Shown: positions 24,985 to 37,360 of the stretch, piece by piece
Layout: each line of letters opens with the position of its first letter
Numbering within the stretch: position 1 is the first letter of the stretch
From: Scyliorhinus canicula
Taxonomy: Eukaryota
Length of the DNA stretch: 64,000 nt
Direction: 5' to 3'
Assembly (NCBI RefSeq): GCF_902713615.1
Contig: NC_052150.1
Location: 27,552,000 to 27,615,999, forward strand
Program-made: the position numbers and the translations under genes
The notes under the pieces: model-generated
Databases searched by the model: none
The model's input: only the letters and a program-made list of their open reading frames with translations
Told to the model about the DNA's origin: nothing

Positions 24985-26256
24985 AGAACATAGAACATAG
25001 AACGATACAGCGCAGTACAGGCCCTTCGGCCCTCGATGTTGCACCGACATGGAAAAAATCTAAAGGCCATCTAACCTACACTATGCCCTTATCATCCATA
25101 TGCTTATCCAATAAACTTTTAAATGCCCTCAATGTTGGCGAGTTCACTACTGTTGCAGGTAGGGCATTCCACGGCCTCACCACTCTTTGCATAAAAAACC
25201 CACCTCTGACCTCTGTCCTATATCTATTACCCCTCAATTTAAGGCTATGTCCCCTCGTGCTAGCCACCTCCATCCGCGGGAGAAGGCTCTCACTGTCCAC
25301 CCTATCTAACCCTCTGATCATTTTGTATGCCTCTATTAAGTCACCTCTTAATCTTCTTCTCTCTAACGAAAACAACCTCAAGTCCATCAGCCTTTCCTCA
25401 TAAGATTTTCCCTCCATACCAGGCAACATCCTGGTAAATCTCCTCTGCACCCGTTCCAAGGCTTCCACGTCCTTCCTATAATGAGGCGACCAGAACTGTA
25501 CGCAATACTCCAAATGCGGCCGTACTAGAGTTTTGTACAACTGCAACATGACCTCATGGCTCCGGAACTCAATCCCTCTACCAATAAAGGCCAACACACC
25601 ATAGGCCTTCTTCACAACCCTATCAACCTGGGTGGCAACTTTCAGGGATCTATGTACATGGACACCGAGATCCCTCTGCTCATCCACACTACCAAGAATT
25701 TTACCATTAGCCAAATATTCCGCATTTCTGTTATTCTTTCCAAAGTGAATCACCTCACACTTCTCCACATTAAACTCCATTTGCCACCTCTCAGCCCAGC
25801 TCTGCAGCTTATCTATGTCCCTCTGTAACCTGCAACATCCTTCCGCACTGTCTACAACTCCACCGACTTTAGTGTCGTCTGCAAATTTACTCACCCATCC
25901 TTCTGCGCCCTCCTCTAGGTCATTTATAAAAATGACAAACAGCAACGGCCCCAGAACAGATCCTTGTGGTACGCCACTCGTAACTGAACTCCATTCTGAA
26001 CATTTCCCATCAACTACCACTCTCTGTCTTCTTTCAACTAGCCAATTTCTGATCCACATCTCTAAATCACCCTCAATCCCCAGCCTCCGTATTTTCTGCA
26101 ATAGACGACCATGGGGAACCTTATCAAACGCTTTACTGAAATCCATATACACCACATCAACTGCTCTACCCTCGTCTACCTGTTCAGTCACCTTCTCAAA
26201 GAACTCGATAAGGTTTGTGAGGCATGACCTACCCTTCACAAAACCATGCTGACTAT
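24985..26256 (-). mobile_element. Young 5'-truncated CR1 (HER1-like) LINE
   Basis: (GTTCTAT)n 3' terminal repeat; gggccgaagggcct stem-loop; actat at both junctions; uninterrupted ORF. Confidence 0.95.
25076..26239 (-). CDS. CR1 ORF2 C-terminal part (reverse transcriptase, 387 aa, 5'-truncated, no native start)
   Basis: GRSCLTNLIEFF, YMDFSKAFDKVPH, GVPQGSVLGPLLF, SKFADDTK, RPHLEYCVQFWSP; no stops. Confidence 0.9.
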   Translation of the reverse strand: MKGRSCLTNLIEFFEKVTEQVDEGRAVDVVYMDFSKAFDKVPHGRLLQKIRRLGIEGDLEMWIRNWLVERRQRVVVDGKCSEWSSVTSGVPQGSVLGPLLFVIFINDLEEGAEGWVSKFADDTKVGGVVDSAEGCCRLQRDIDKLQSWAERWQMEFNVEKCEVIHFGKNNRNAEYLANGKILGSVDEQRDLGVHVHRSLKVATQVDRVVKKAYGVLAFIGRGIEFRSHEVMLQLYKTLVRPHLEYCVQFWSPHYRKDVEALERVQRRFTRMLPGMEGKSYEERLMDLRLFSLERRRLRGDLIEAYKMIRGLDRVDSESLLPRMEVASTRGHSLKLRGNRYRTEVRGGFFMQRVVRPWNALPATVVNSPTLRAFKSLLDKHMDDKGIV

Positions 26257-26387
26257 GTAAACTGTATCTGAACTACACGTGTTGTCTAAGCTGTGATCTA
26301 TCTATGCTGCGCTATTGCTATCTAGCTACTCCTGTGTGGAAAGAGAGCAAGATCTTCTGGGAGCAAATATATATAGTGGGATCTTGT

Positions 26388-26404
26388 GACGCCCTCTAGT
26401 GGTA
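26388..26404 (-). promoter_or_regulatory. CTCF-like motif within the LTR
   Basis: Minus strand TACCACTAGAGGGCGTC matches the CCASYAGRKGGCRS core. Confidence 0.5.
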
Positions 26405-28344
26405 GTGCCATAGCTAAATGTTGTGATTAACCCTTTAGTTACATGTCTGTCTACATATCATTACAGTGGTGAGCTCGGATGTGTATGTAATTAGGGATGA
26501 TGGTGGCATACCAAAACAGCACTGCCTCTTGCCAGAATTAAGTTATAGGCAAGAAGTTCATGGTCAACCTTCCTGCCCCACTGCCAGTTGAGATCCTTAA
26601 GTGGTCGATTAAAAACCAATTATGGACCCCATCTCACCACTGCAGGATAAGCATAAGCAGCTGTAGGCTATGCGCTCTTGCTATGCACTGTGCACAACAG
26701 CTACAGGTTTACATGTCTTGATGCTTGATCAAGGGGGTGGGAGAAAGAAAGAAATGCTGAGAGCTACCCTCTGCCCTTGCTGCCAACCCCTTTCCATCAG
26801 TTCCGGGAGCAGCCGCGTCCTCCGCAGTGGGTCTGCTGAGCGCATGAGCTGCCGGCCTCTGATTGGCTGGCAGCTCGTGATAGGTGAGATCTCCATCCCT
26901 CTGGCCTTGCTTCCAGGGGAAGGCCCACCACTGGCCTCGCTGCTGCCCGATTGGCTTGTGGTTTGCTGGGTTTTCCGGAAAAGTGCGAGGTAGCAGGGCA
27001 GAGCTCTGACACCTCGGTAAGATCTCTCCCCATGATACTTTCACCTTTCTCCTCCCATTTAGCCTGAAAAACCTACAAAGGTCAAGATTGGAGGAAATGA
27101 AAGTTGCAGAACTTGACCAGTGACATTTTGAAAGTGGCCTGTTTTTGTAAACTATAAACTGCTAAAATATGCTGAAGCTGGTAGGTCTGTAAAGCCAGGA
27201 AGAACAAATGCTGACTATACTGGGAGTCCAGCTTGGTGGTGGTACGCCTCAGATGTGCTTGTAGAACTTGTACTGAAACAAAAACCCTTCCAAGGCTGAA
27301 TGGCCTGGTGTTGCTCCTTTACATTTTTATTAAAGTGATGATTTCCTCGAGCTTTGACAGCAGGAAGGTTGGTGTGGGAAATGCTTTCGATGAAACCTAA
27401 ACTTAGTGCGTCTATGTTTACAGAAATAAAGGTTCATGACTCAAAACTGGTGGGCCAATCCTACTGCTGCCTTGACATCTGTGCATAACTAAAGAACCAT
27501 GTTGGATCAGGAAGAGTCCTTTTGGAGTTTTGAACTTTACATCCAGTGTACGTTAGTAATTGGGGTGACTCAGGTATGCTGCATTCAGGGCACAATGGTG
27601 CTCTGGCCTGCACTATTTACATTGTTGAAAGCCTCAACCATTCGGGTACCCGGAGCACGATGAAAGGTAGTATTTTCACAGGTAGAGATAGTGGTGTAAT
27701 TTGTGTAACGCCCTGGTGCAGATAAAATGCACTTGCAGGACTTTGATCTTGTTAAATGTTTCTTTTTGGAATTAATTCAGTCGCATCATTATATCCAGCG
27801 TGAAAGTCCCTCGTTGACCAGCTGAACCAGGAAGGTCTGGTTTGGTTGATCTCAGTCAGATTTGGGGACAAGGCCTGATCCGAGGGGAGGTCAGGCAGGG
27901 TGGGAGACATTGCCAGGATCCCTGATCCAGATTGCTGTCTATTGTAACTTGATGGATATGTGGAGATTGGATGAGGGACAAGGTTGAAGTCAGCTTTGAG
28001 GCGTCCCATATCCTACCAGAACTCATTGTCAAAGTTCACAGCTGAATAAATGTCACTTGGTGAGTAGCTGGCATCAAAGAATCCCTACCGTGCAGAAGGA
28101 TGCCATTCAGCCCCTCTGGTGCGTACCAACCTTCTGAAATAGGATCCACTCCCCCATAACCTAACTTGGCCTTCACATCCCTGGATGTGGCTGGGGAACT
28201 GTGCGGAGTCGATGCCTTCAGGGAGATGGGAAAGAAAATTGGGGAGATTTTGCAGGAGGGACTAGTTGATCAATTAATGAGCCGAGATATTATAACCAAC
28301 CTTTACGCTCAGTTGTAAAATCAGATTAATTAATATGATTCCTA

Positions 28345-28790
28345 TTTGTGGCTGCACTCTAACCCTTAAAGTCGGAAAGTTCAAGTCCCATCCCAGAGAA
28401 TTGAATACATAATCCCAGCCAACATTCGAGTGCAGTAATGAAGGAGTGCTACACTCCAGGGTGCTGGAATTTTGTAAGATGCCAGGCTTGCACTGCCCCC
28501 TCAGGTGAATGTAAAAGATCCCATTATTTCAAAGAAGACCATTGGTGACCTCACTGATGTCCTTGCTCGTATTTATCCCTCAGCCAACACCACTAAATGA
28601 AGCAGATTATCTGGTCATTATCCAATTGCTCGTGTGGGAACTGCCTGCACGCAAATTGGTTGCTGCATTTCCTGAATTGCAACATTGGCTGGCTACAATT
28701 GATAAATAAAACGTGCGGTACTGACTGTGAACCACTTTAGAGGCACCCCTGAGGTGGGGAAAGGCACTCTATAAATGTGAGTGTTTTTCA
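28345..28790 (+). mobile_element. Deu-domain SINE
   Basis: ctcaggtgaatgtaaaagatccca; tatttatccctcagccaacaccactaaa; gattatctggtcattatc; aaaggcactctataaatg tail. Confidence 0.8.
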
Positions 28791-31717
28791 CTTATACTCT
28801 CTGGTTGAGTTGTCGGAAAAGCAATAAAAAGCAGCAAATGGAGGAAAGGGCACAGAAGGATGTGTGTGTGAAAAGTATGATCTAAGATTTGATATTCGTA
28901 ATCTGGTTTTAAATGATGACTGATGAGTATTTGTGTGACCTTTTTGTTCTGTGGTGATAAAAATCAGACTGTGAAATCAGAAACTAGGGAACAGTTGCTG
29001 CTAAGTGACAAAGTAAATACATTTCGATTCATGTACCAGTGCCGACACAAAAGTACCCTTGATCTACCCGTATCGTTGTCGAGCATGAACATAATGTGCT
29101 TTAAAACCTGCACTGTTTCTGTGAGAGACTGGTAGGTCGGGACGCACTCGCTGTGAAGTGCAACCTGTGGGAGAATCCAATTCAAAACCATTCCCTTTGA
29201 AGCCTTTGATTTTTTTTTCTTCTTTTTTTTTCTAAATTGAGATTTACTATTTGAACAAACTATTAGGAGGCTGGTGGTAGGCTCAAATGTTGGCTGCTCA
29301 GATTTAAGGTACTAATTTGGGGAGGGATGTGGCTTTGCTTTGAATACAGCAGTTCCCTCGCATTCTGGGGAAGCAGTATGCATAAAGGTTTTGAAACTGG
29401 AGTGACTTGAGAGATTACTAAACACAGTCCTAGTGCAACTGAAACTTGCATTTATATTGTGCCTCTAATGTACTTAAACATTCTCCGCCACCCACCCCCA
29501 GCACTTCACAGGAATGTTATTGAACAAAATCTGCCACACTGCTGCGTGGTGAGATTTTACTATAAATCACAGCGTATAAGACAATCTAATTTTTCTAACC
29601 CCCCCCCCGCCCCCTAGAAAATTATGTTTTTACATATACAATAGTCAGTGTATATGATGACCCCCAAATTTAACCACTGCATGCTATAATCTCATTAGTA
29701 GCCCACCTCCAATTGTTCACCTCACAAATGGATATTTCACTTGCACATTTGTAACTGGATGCAAAAGATCAAACAGGCGACACAGGCTGCGTTGCGGGGT
29801 ACGTGCAGGAATTTTGAGACGTGCCCATTCTTTGTGCAGATGCTGATGTCGTTTCAGTATTGGTGACTGCCCACACCCACATTGTCGTGTTCACCTTTAT
29901 GCCCAGTGCAGAAATCAGCCCCTGTTTTTCGTGGGATTATTTAAACTTTCAAAGATCAACCTATACATCGATATCGAAGGTGACACAGATGACCCAAAGC
30001 CTAGTCAAAGGGATAGGTTTTAAGGAGCAATTTAAAGGAAGAGGAGAGGTATAAGGAGGGAACTCCAGAGCTTGGGTCCTAGGCAGTTGGAGGCATAGAT
30101 TTCAACGATTGGGTGAAGCGGGTGGGGAGGGTCCTGTCCGATATAACTGAGTGACGTGACGCATGCTGAAGAGAATTAGTTCAAATCCCAGTGGCGTGAT
30201 TTGAATTTTTAAAATTCCCAAGATTTGGAATTTAAAAGATGGCAGTAGTAAAAGTGACCAGAAGCTACTGCATTGTGGCAAACACCCAACAGCTTCAATA
30301 GTGCCATTTCGAGAAGGGAACCTGCCATCCTAACTGAATTGTCACTCCATTCCTGTCTCAATATGGTGGGTTATTCCCTGCCTTCTAAAATAGTTGGCAA
30401 GGCTGTGGAGGCCAAGCTACTGAGTGGCTTTAAGACAGTGATAGGTCGGTTCTTGATTAATGGGGTCGTGGGGAGGAGGCAGGAGAATGGGGATGAGAAA
30501 CATATCAGCCACGATTGAATGGAGGAGCAGACTCGATGGGCCGAATGGCCTAATTCTGCTCCTTTTGTCTTGTGGTCTAAGAAGGGGCCTCACCACGACC
30601 TCCATCTCGAGGGCAACTGAGGATTGCAAACCAATGTCATTCCTGCCAGAAAACCAAATCGACTTTTGCCACCCTTTAACAAAACTTCCTGTTTCGGCTT
30701 TCGACACAACCAGCATTTGATTTCCCATATCCAAGCTGCAACGATGGGATATGGGGGTTGGCTCCTGAACTCGGCACAGTTGTTGCCACCCTAATGAATG
30801 GCTGGGGGGCATGTATTAGTGGCTGTACAATACAAACACCGTAAAACGTGCGCATATTCAGCCCTTGCAGATCCCACATTGTGAAATACTTCAATCACTG
30901 TTTACCCAGGAGTTCCCCAAGTCTGAAACTGAGAGTTTCTTTGATGGCAATAATTTTCCACTAACCCGACTATTCCATGATGCAAAGAGCCTACCACATC
31001 CTTAGTGAGCCTGTTTTGAACTGTGTGTGTTTTTAGTCGACTCGTATCAGGGCTGCCGACTGGGATGTATGTTTTAGTGAAGGGGGTTTTACTCTCTCTC
31101 TATTTCTTAGTCCTGAGGTTTCCTTAATTAAAAAGGGGAAAAACAAATCACGCTTCTGGATGGGTTTGAATTTGAGTGAATGGAAACATTTAACTTGTTG
31201 GTACTTTTATTTTTCTAATCCTTAAAGTGCAGGTTTAATGAGGGAAGCGAAGTTGAACAGATAATTTGAATTGCAATTGCTGCACTGGAGGATGTAGACG
31301 GCAAGCCGCCAGTGAGATTGGCTGTCGCTTTTTCTTCCCCCTCAGTCTCTCCCTGTTTGCTCATACTCGTGTTTTCTGTCACTCTGTCTCGTACGTTTTG
31401 CTCCCCTCCTCCTTTCCTGACGGTGCTAAGCTCATTCACCATTGGCGGGACTGCCTTCTAGTCAGTGAGTGTGTCAAATGATTCGACCGCTGAGAAATGA
31501 CAGCTTGAGGCTACCCCCACTCCACCTGACATCTCTGCATTCCGTTTGACACGATGTGCAGTTGAGGATTTATTTGGTTCATTCCTACTCCTTCCCAAAA
31601 CTTGTGGAGGGGGTTACCTTCTGTTTTAAACCGACTATCACACCATATAAAGTCCAAGTCTTCCTGTTTGGCTCCTGAAGAAAGGTCTTTCCCCAACTGT
31701 GTCCCTCTACTGGCTGG

Positions 31718-32067
31718 CATAGAACATAGAACAGTACAGCACAGAACAGGCCCTTCGGCCCTCAATGTTGTGCCGAGCCATGATCACCCTACTCAAACCC
31801 ACGTATCCACCCTATACCCGTAACCCAACAACCCCCCCCTCCCCTTAAACCTTACTTTTTAGGACACTACGGGCAATTTAGCATGGCCAATCCACCTAAT
31901 CCGCACATCTTTGGACTGTGGGAGGAAACCGGAGCACCCGGAGAAAACCCACGCACACAGGGGGAGGACGTGCAGACTCCACACAGACAGTGACCCAGCC
32001 GAGAATCGAACCTGAGACCCTGGAGCTGTGAAGCATTTATGCTAACCACCATGCTATCGTGCTGCCC
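31718..32067 (-). mobile_element. V-SINE, full length, tail matching the young CR1
   Basis: Tail gagggccgaagggcctgttctgtgctgtactgttctatgttctatg. Confidence 0.92.
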
Positions 32068-32284
32068 CTTAATGGTTAGGTTGAATGCAACAGGGCATGA
32101 TCTCTTTAGTCTAATTTGCCCCGAGTGGCATTTCAAACCCCATGTCCGATCTGTCGCCAGAAACGCTTGTTTCCACTTGCAAAGCCTTGCCCACTTACAC
32201 CTTTACCCCAGCCGTACTTGTCACTGAGACTCTTACATGTATCTTGACTTCTGGTCTTGACCTTTCCTGAGACTCTGATATTAT

Positions 32285-32975
32285 GGGCGGAATTTATTCC
32301 CCTCTCTTGGCATTTTGTTGCCAGGGATGCATTTAATAGGGCAGGAGGGTGGCTGGTGGGGACCCCATCGCCTTCCGCCTCTGCCCCAATTAAGTCCACA
32401 GCGGGAAGGCTTGTGGACAGCCTTCTAGACCTGCCAATGGAGCCACTTAATCGGGCAGTTAATGCCCACTTGAGCTCACCCCACCTACCCGGGTGTTCAC
32501 CCAGTGATGGGCACAGGACTCCCCATGCAGGAAGGCTGAAAAGCAACCCCCGTGTGGGGTTGCTTGCGGGGATTTGCTGTGGGGACAGGCCCCCCTCTTT
32601 TTCAAGGTACTCGGTGTCTGAATGAGGGACCAGGCATTGGGAGCTGTGGTTTGGGTGCCAGCTACCTCTGCAACCTGCAACCCTCCACCTGGTGAATTCC
32701 CGTCTCACCATCACTAACCTTCATCCTGGATCTTTCAATGATCCTGGGTATCTGGTGGGTGTATTTCAGGAATCACTGCCTCCCCAATGCTGCTGCCATG
32801 CAGGAATGAGCTACTGATCCCGGGGTCTTTGTACCGAAGGAAGGCACGCTGATGTCCAGATAAGTGCATGATTAACACTTAATATGATGGGTCTTCCCAA
32901 AAGAGGCGATGTAAGGCCTTCACTAGCTCTCCAGCTGACAGGCAGGACCTTCGTTGCCTACATTAAATTCTGTTT
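32285..32975. mobile_element. Older Harbinger-type MITE (in L2-like remnant)
   Basis: Ends GGGCGGAATTTA / TAAATTCTGTTT (eroded). Confidence 0.55.
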
Positions 32976-33280
32976 CAAAAAGTTCCACTTGCCACTAACT
33001 GAGGACGGAGGTTAGATCCCTCTATCCCGACATGTAGAATTTGCCAATTCACCCTGGTCTCACTCTGGACTTGTTGCTGGGTGATCTAATCTGCGCCTTT
33101 CAGTCTCGATCTTCGTGTCTAAGAAGTGTATGAGCCCCTCACACATTTTGTTGGAATGAAGGTGGGAGAGGGGTTTAAGAAGGCTGTTTGCAGTAGAGGG
33201 AGGAAGCTGGGGAGTATCTTTGCATTCCAGAATGATCGCAAGATTATGCGCTCAAAGGGCAGGATTTAGCAGGCCCGTTG

Positions 33281-33598
33281 GGGCAGCACAAGTGATTAGC
33301 ACTGTGGCTTCAGAGCGCCAGGGTCCCAGGTTCGATTCCCTGCTGGGTCACTGTCTGTGCGGAGTCTGCACGTTCTCCCCGTGTCTGCGTGGGTTTCCTC
33401 CGGGTGCTCCGGTTTCCTCCCACAGTCCAAAGACGTGCGGGTTAGGTGGATTGGCCATGCTAAATTGCCCTTGGTGTCCCAAAAAAAAGGTGAGGAGGGG
33501 TTATTGGGTTACGGGGACAGGGTGGAAGTGAGGGCTTAAGTGGGTCAGTGCAGACTCGATGGGCCGAATGGCCTCCTCCTGCACTGTATGTTCTATGT
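33281..33598 (+). mobile_element. V-SINE, tail A, inserted just inside the Harbinger TIR
   Basis: ggttcgattccc B box; V domain; tail gggccgaatggcctcctcctgcactgtatgttctatg. Confidence 0.92.
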
Positions 33599-34187
33599 TA
33601 TCCGTGGGCGCAAATCCTGTAATGGCCGCAAAATATTGCAAGAAGACCAAAAACTGGATTTGCGCCGGTGAGATTTCGGAACGTGATCGTACTGGGCACT
33701 CCCCGAAGACGTGATCAGTTTCATGCCCAGGAAGGGCACAAACCTCATTTGCATCAATTTGATTGCATTATAAATACTTACTAAGCTCAGATCCCATTGT
33801 ACCTTCCCACCCATCAGGTATGATGTCACACGGGTGTGATTGCCGCTGCTTTTAAAAATGGGCACCAGGCGCCATGATCGTGGAGAAAGGAAGTGGAAAA
33901 AGCCGCACCAGAGAGTCCAAGTGGACCGAGCCCGCAGTCTGTGTTGTATCAAAACATTTTAGAGCATTGTCTGTCTGCTGCTTGTGTTCTTTAAAAAGAG
34001 TGCTGTGTTAGTCAGCGGATTGTGGCATGGGGGTATGGTGCTGCTGTGGGTGTGGGGCACATGAAGTGGGGGGGGGGGAGAGAGGCTATGATGAGTGAAG
34101 GAGGTGGGTAATAGGCTGGGTGGATGGGACTCCCAAAAGAGAAGGCAACAAGATGTCACAGTCTCATTTCTCAAGTTGATCTGGGCA

Positions 34188-34549
34188 ATGGTTGAGGAGA
34201 AGAAAGTGCGAGCCGCCAAGGAAATCATCAAGAAAGTGCAACCCAACAGCAGCAAGAAGAGGATATGAGCCAGGAAAGAGAATTTCTACATCTACAAGGT
34301 GATGAAGCAGGTTCACCCCAACACCTGCATCTCCCTCAAGGCCATGGGCACCATGAATTCGATCGTCAATGACACCTTTGACCACATCTTGGGTGAGGCT
34401 TCCTACCTGGCCCATTACAACAAGCAGCACACCATCAGCTCCCGGGAGATCCAGACTGCTGTGTGCGTACTCCGCCTGAGTAACTGGCCCAACACGCTGT
34501 GTCGGAGGGGATAAAGGCAGTGACCAAATACACCACCAGCTCCAAGTAA
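34188..34549 (+). pseudogene. H2B: Histone H2B pseudogene
   Basis: [75 protein letters not shown]../..KAVTKYTTSSK*; in-frame TGA 34266-34268; frameshift near 34470; no histone stem-loop downstream. Confidence 0.93.
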
Positions 34550-35711
34550 AACTGTACACTCCTGAAAAACCTACTGCCAAGGATAGGGGTGTAAATTTGG
34601 GCTTCAAGGACAAACGCTTGGGTACACTGGATCAAGAGGGACTGTATCTGCATGTGTGCTGGACCCCAGTACCTGCCATAGAGGATCCATTAGCCACCAG
34701 TGTAGACATTACCATCCAGTTGACCCTGCCCATGAGCATCGAAATCCATATCGATGTAGAGAATAAGTGGGGGAAAATCAGATATCGAATGGAGATGGAA
34801 GGGCACCTGAGTTGCAAGTGGTAGCTGCCGGATAAGCTGTAGTAGGACTGGCTGCTTCCAGGACTAGGAGGACTATGGGTGAGGAGATGGTACTGAGGTT
34901 AAGTGACTGCCACACCAACCTGACTTGTGTATCTCGTACCTCCTGAGCTTACTGAGAGATATTGAAAAGGAAAATGAGCTCGAGCTACCAGTCATAAATT
35001 AAGGATCGGGTCCCAACCCTGGCTCCATATTTCCCGGCGCATGCCGACCACTCATCAATGAGGAAGCGAACCAGCTGCTTCTTCAACCAAGAAAGTGTCC
35101 CAACCCCAATGGGGCAATGGAATGTCAACCTAAATACAGGATTCAGCTCCACCTCCAGCCCGGGTGCACTGCAGAAGCAATACCGAGCGTCTCCGGATAT
35201 CCCCGACAGACACCTTCAAGAAGGGAGATCCCAAGCTCCAGTGGATGACTGGATACCAGCCACAAGACTGGGCCTAGCCCAGCACCTCTCACCACAGGAA
35301 TCGATACCCCAAGACCAACGGTACACCCACAACACAGCCAGACCTGATCCTCTCCTACCACATCAGGGCAGTGCACCAACCACTCCCATTTAAACTGTCA
35401 TAAATCTGCTTGGCAATAGCAGTAAAACAAAGTTAACAACATAATAAGATGGGACATGTCCAGCAACAGGTAGAAATCTGCCAAGAGATAGCAGTGGCCA
35501 ATATCAAAAGGCCCCAATGAGATGGGTCTCTTCCAATATTGAGTTCGGAAGGCAGTTTAGATAAGAATCAGATGTGAATGGCTTCTGAGTAGAAATAGCT
35601 TACGTTGGCATTTTTTGAAGATCCATGAGATATATATATATATATATTATTGTCTGGAGTCAAGGAAGTTGATCAAGGCAGACAGCCAGATACATAAGGC
35701 ATAATCAACAA

Positions 35712-35875
35712 ACAAGCACATCTTTCAGGATTGTGGGAGGAACAGGAGCACCCAAAGTAAATCCACGCAGTCACTGGGAGAACGTGCAGACTCCACACAG
35801 TGACCCAAGCCAGGAATCGAACCCTGGTCCCCGTCGCTGTGAAACAGCGGTGCTAACCACTGCATAGTTCCGCCC
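35712..35875 (-). mobile_element. V-SINE fragment
   Basis: Head and V-domain similarity. Confidence 0.75.
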
Positions 35876-35899
35876 AATGCAATAGCCATGTAACCCCTC

Positions 35900-37360
35900 A
35901 CATTACATCTGGTATATTCCCAGGATGCACATCAGAAGTGGAGGTGGCCTTCTGCCTTCCACGTCCTATTACCTGAGATGCCCTTGGTAGGCGTCCGCTG
36001 GTGGGCTGGGACCTGATGGGCCCTGGCCTACTTTTGGGTGGCATTGGTGTTGCTGCGTCACCATGTTCGCGGGGACAGTGGGCAGTTACGCCTGATCAGG
36101 AAGGGGGGTGGGATTTAGATGGATTGGTCACTCTCGGGCTCTCCTGGTGGAAGGCCCCGGAATGTGCTCCAGTATTTCCTCCCTCCAGGTGCTTGAGGGC
36201 CTTGTGTTACTCCATTGGATGGAGGGGCAGCTGGAGTGAGCACCAGAAGCCTCCATGCCATCTGATGCTGCCAGACCTCCAGGCACACCATTATTTGCAC
36301 CATGGGGTTGAACCCCTCCGGCCATGGTTCTTGGACTGATCCATGCTTCGGAGTTCTCCAATCGTGGATCCGACATCTCGCCCAGACTTTCCACTGTGGA
36401 TGCCGCCTTTGCAGTATTGGCCTGGGTGCCACGCATCTCTGGCAAAATCTCCTGTGACAGAAGGCTTTGGGACTTCTCCAATCGGTCTTGCTGCCGCCGG
36501 AGTATCACTGACAATCCCTCCTGCTATTTTGAGCTCTCCCTTTGCATCTCGTGCAGCTGAGGGACAAACATGTCCAGAAGCATGACACCTGTCTGAGGCA
36601 TAGCTGGGGCAGACGTCCGCCTGTCCGATCCCTGCGATGTTCCTGTCTCCATCTGATGTGCATCAGAAGCAGTGCAGTGGTCACCAGATAGCTTCCTAAG
36701 TTCGCCCACCAAGGTGTGTCCCTGCACTGGTGGATGGTGCAGGTGATGGCTACAACGCTTCATTTGTTTCCTCCTTCAAGGTGGTGTTGGGTGATGGGAC
36801 ACTGCTGGTAGACGGGTCAGGCTCTTTGCTTGATGTTCCTGCAAGGCCGGGAGCATTAATACATGGCCTGGTCAAGGGTATGGACAACAAAGCACTCGCC
36901 TTGAGACTAGTGATCTGGATGAAGGTGCAGTGGCTTCTCTCTTTTTTTTTTTCTCTCGCAGGCCCACCTCGCTCCAGGTGCAGGCCCACGCCTGCTCCTC
37001 CACGACGAGCTCTAGGGCTGTCTCCTCAGGATCCTTCGCGTAGGCATCCCATTGCCCGTTCTCCTCCAAGAACACAAATGAGGATAATGTGAACTGGAAG
37101 CTGGGTGGGACAGAGGTCGATGATGACTGGCATGTGTGGGCGTTGCATTTAAGCAGGAAGAGGTTCTGATGAGGAGCGCTAGGGAAGATTTGAGGAAACT
37201 TGTACGGGGTTGGGTGCTGAGGACCTACGCGGTGGTGGCGTGGGTTCAAAGTGACGGAAGGGTGGAGTGCTGAGAAGAGACTGGGAGCACTTGCCTTTGC
37301 TGATCGTAGGAGGTCATTCATCCCTATCCTATGTTGCACACCCACCTTCTGGCACTGACC
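35900..37360 (-). pseudogene. Harbinger Myb/SANT-like (NAIF1/MSANTD-type) DNA-binding protein gene remnant, multi-exon
   Basis: GQCQK..MNDLLRSAK followed by donor-like GCAAGT (37294); next segment RTGNGMPTRRIL..EETALEL..; coiled-coil-like LSQEILPEMRGTQANTAKAASTVESL; C-terminal RPGPIRSQPTSGRLPRASQV. Confidence 0.65.

Larger units (their letters stand above)
24852..26465 (-). mobile_element. Probable solo LTR split by a CR1 insertion
   Basis: TG...CA ends; near-TSD ctggt/gtggt; TATA-like tatatata at ~26368-26375; ~340 bp once the CR1 is removed. Confidence 0.55.

Noticed and set aside
28912-28985. C-box-like ATGATGA (possible snoRNA)
   Set aside because: No well-placed D box with a terminal stem
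32133-32714. 193-aa ORF (also the 217-aa ORF at 48449-49102)
   Set aside because: These cross boundaries of unrelated repeats, so they are chance open frames
34299-34514. Functional H2B variant
   Set aside because: Upstream in-frame stop, frameshift before helix C, many radical substitutions, no stem-loop
34164-34613. 149-aa minus-strand ORF
   Set aside because: Antisense shadow of the H2B codons
35000-35630. 111-aa ORF and weak LINE-RT-like peptide (KKCQRKLFLLR, minus strand)
   Set aside because: Too degraded to assign; probably another TE fragment
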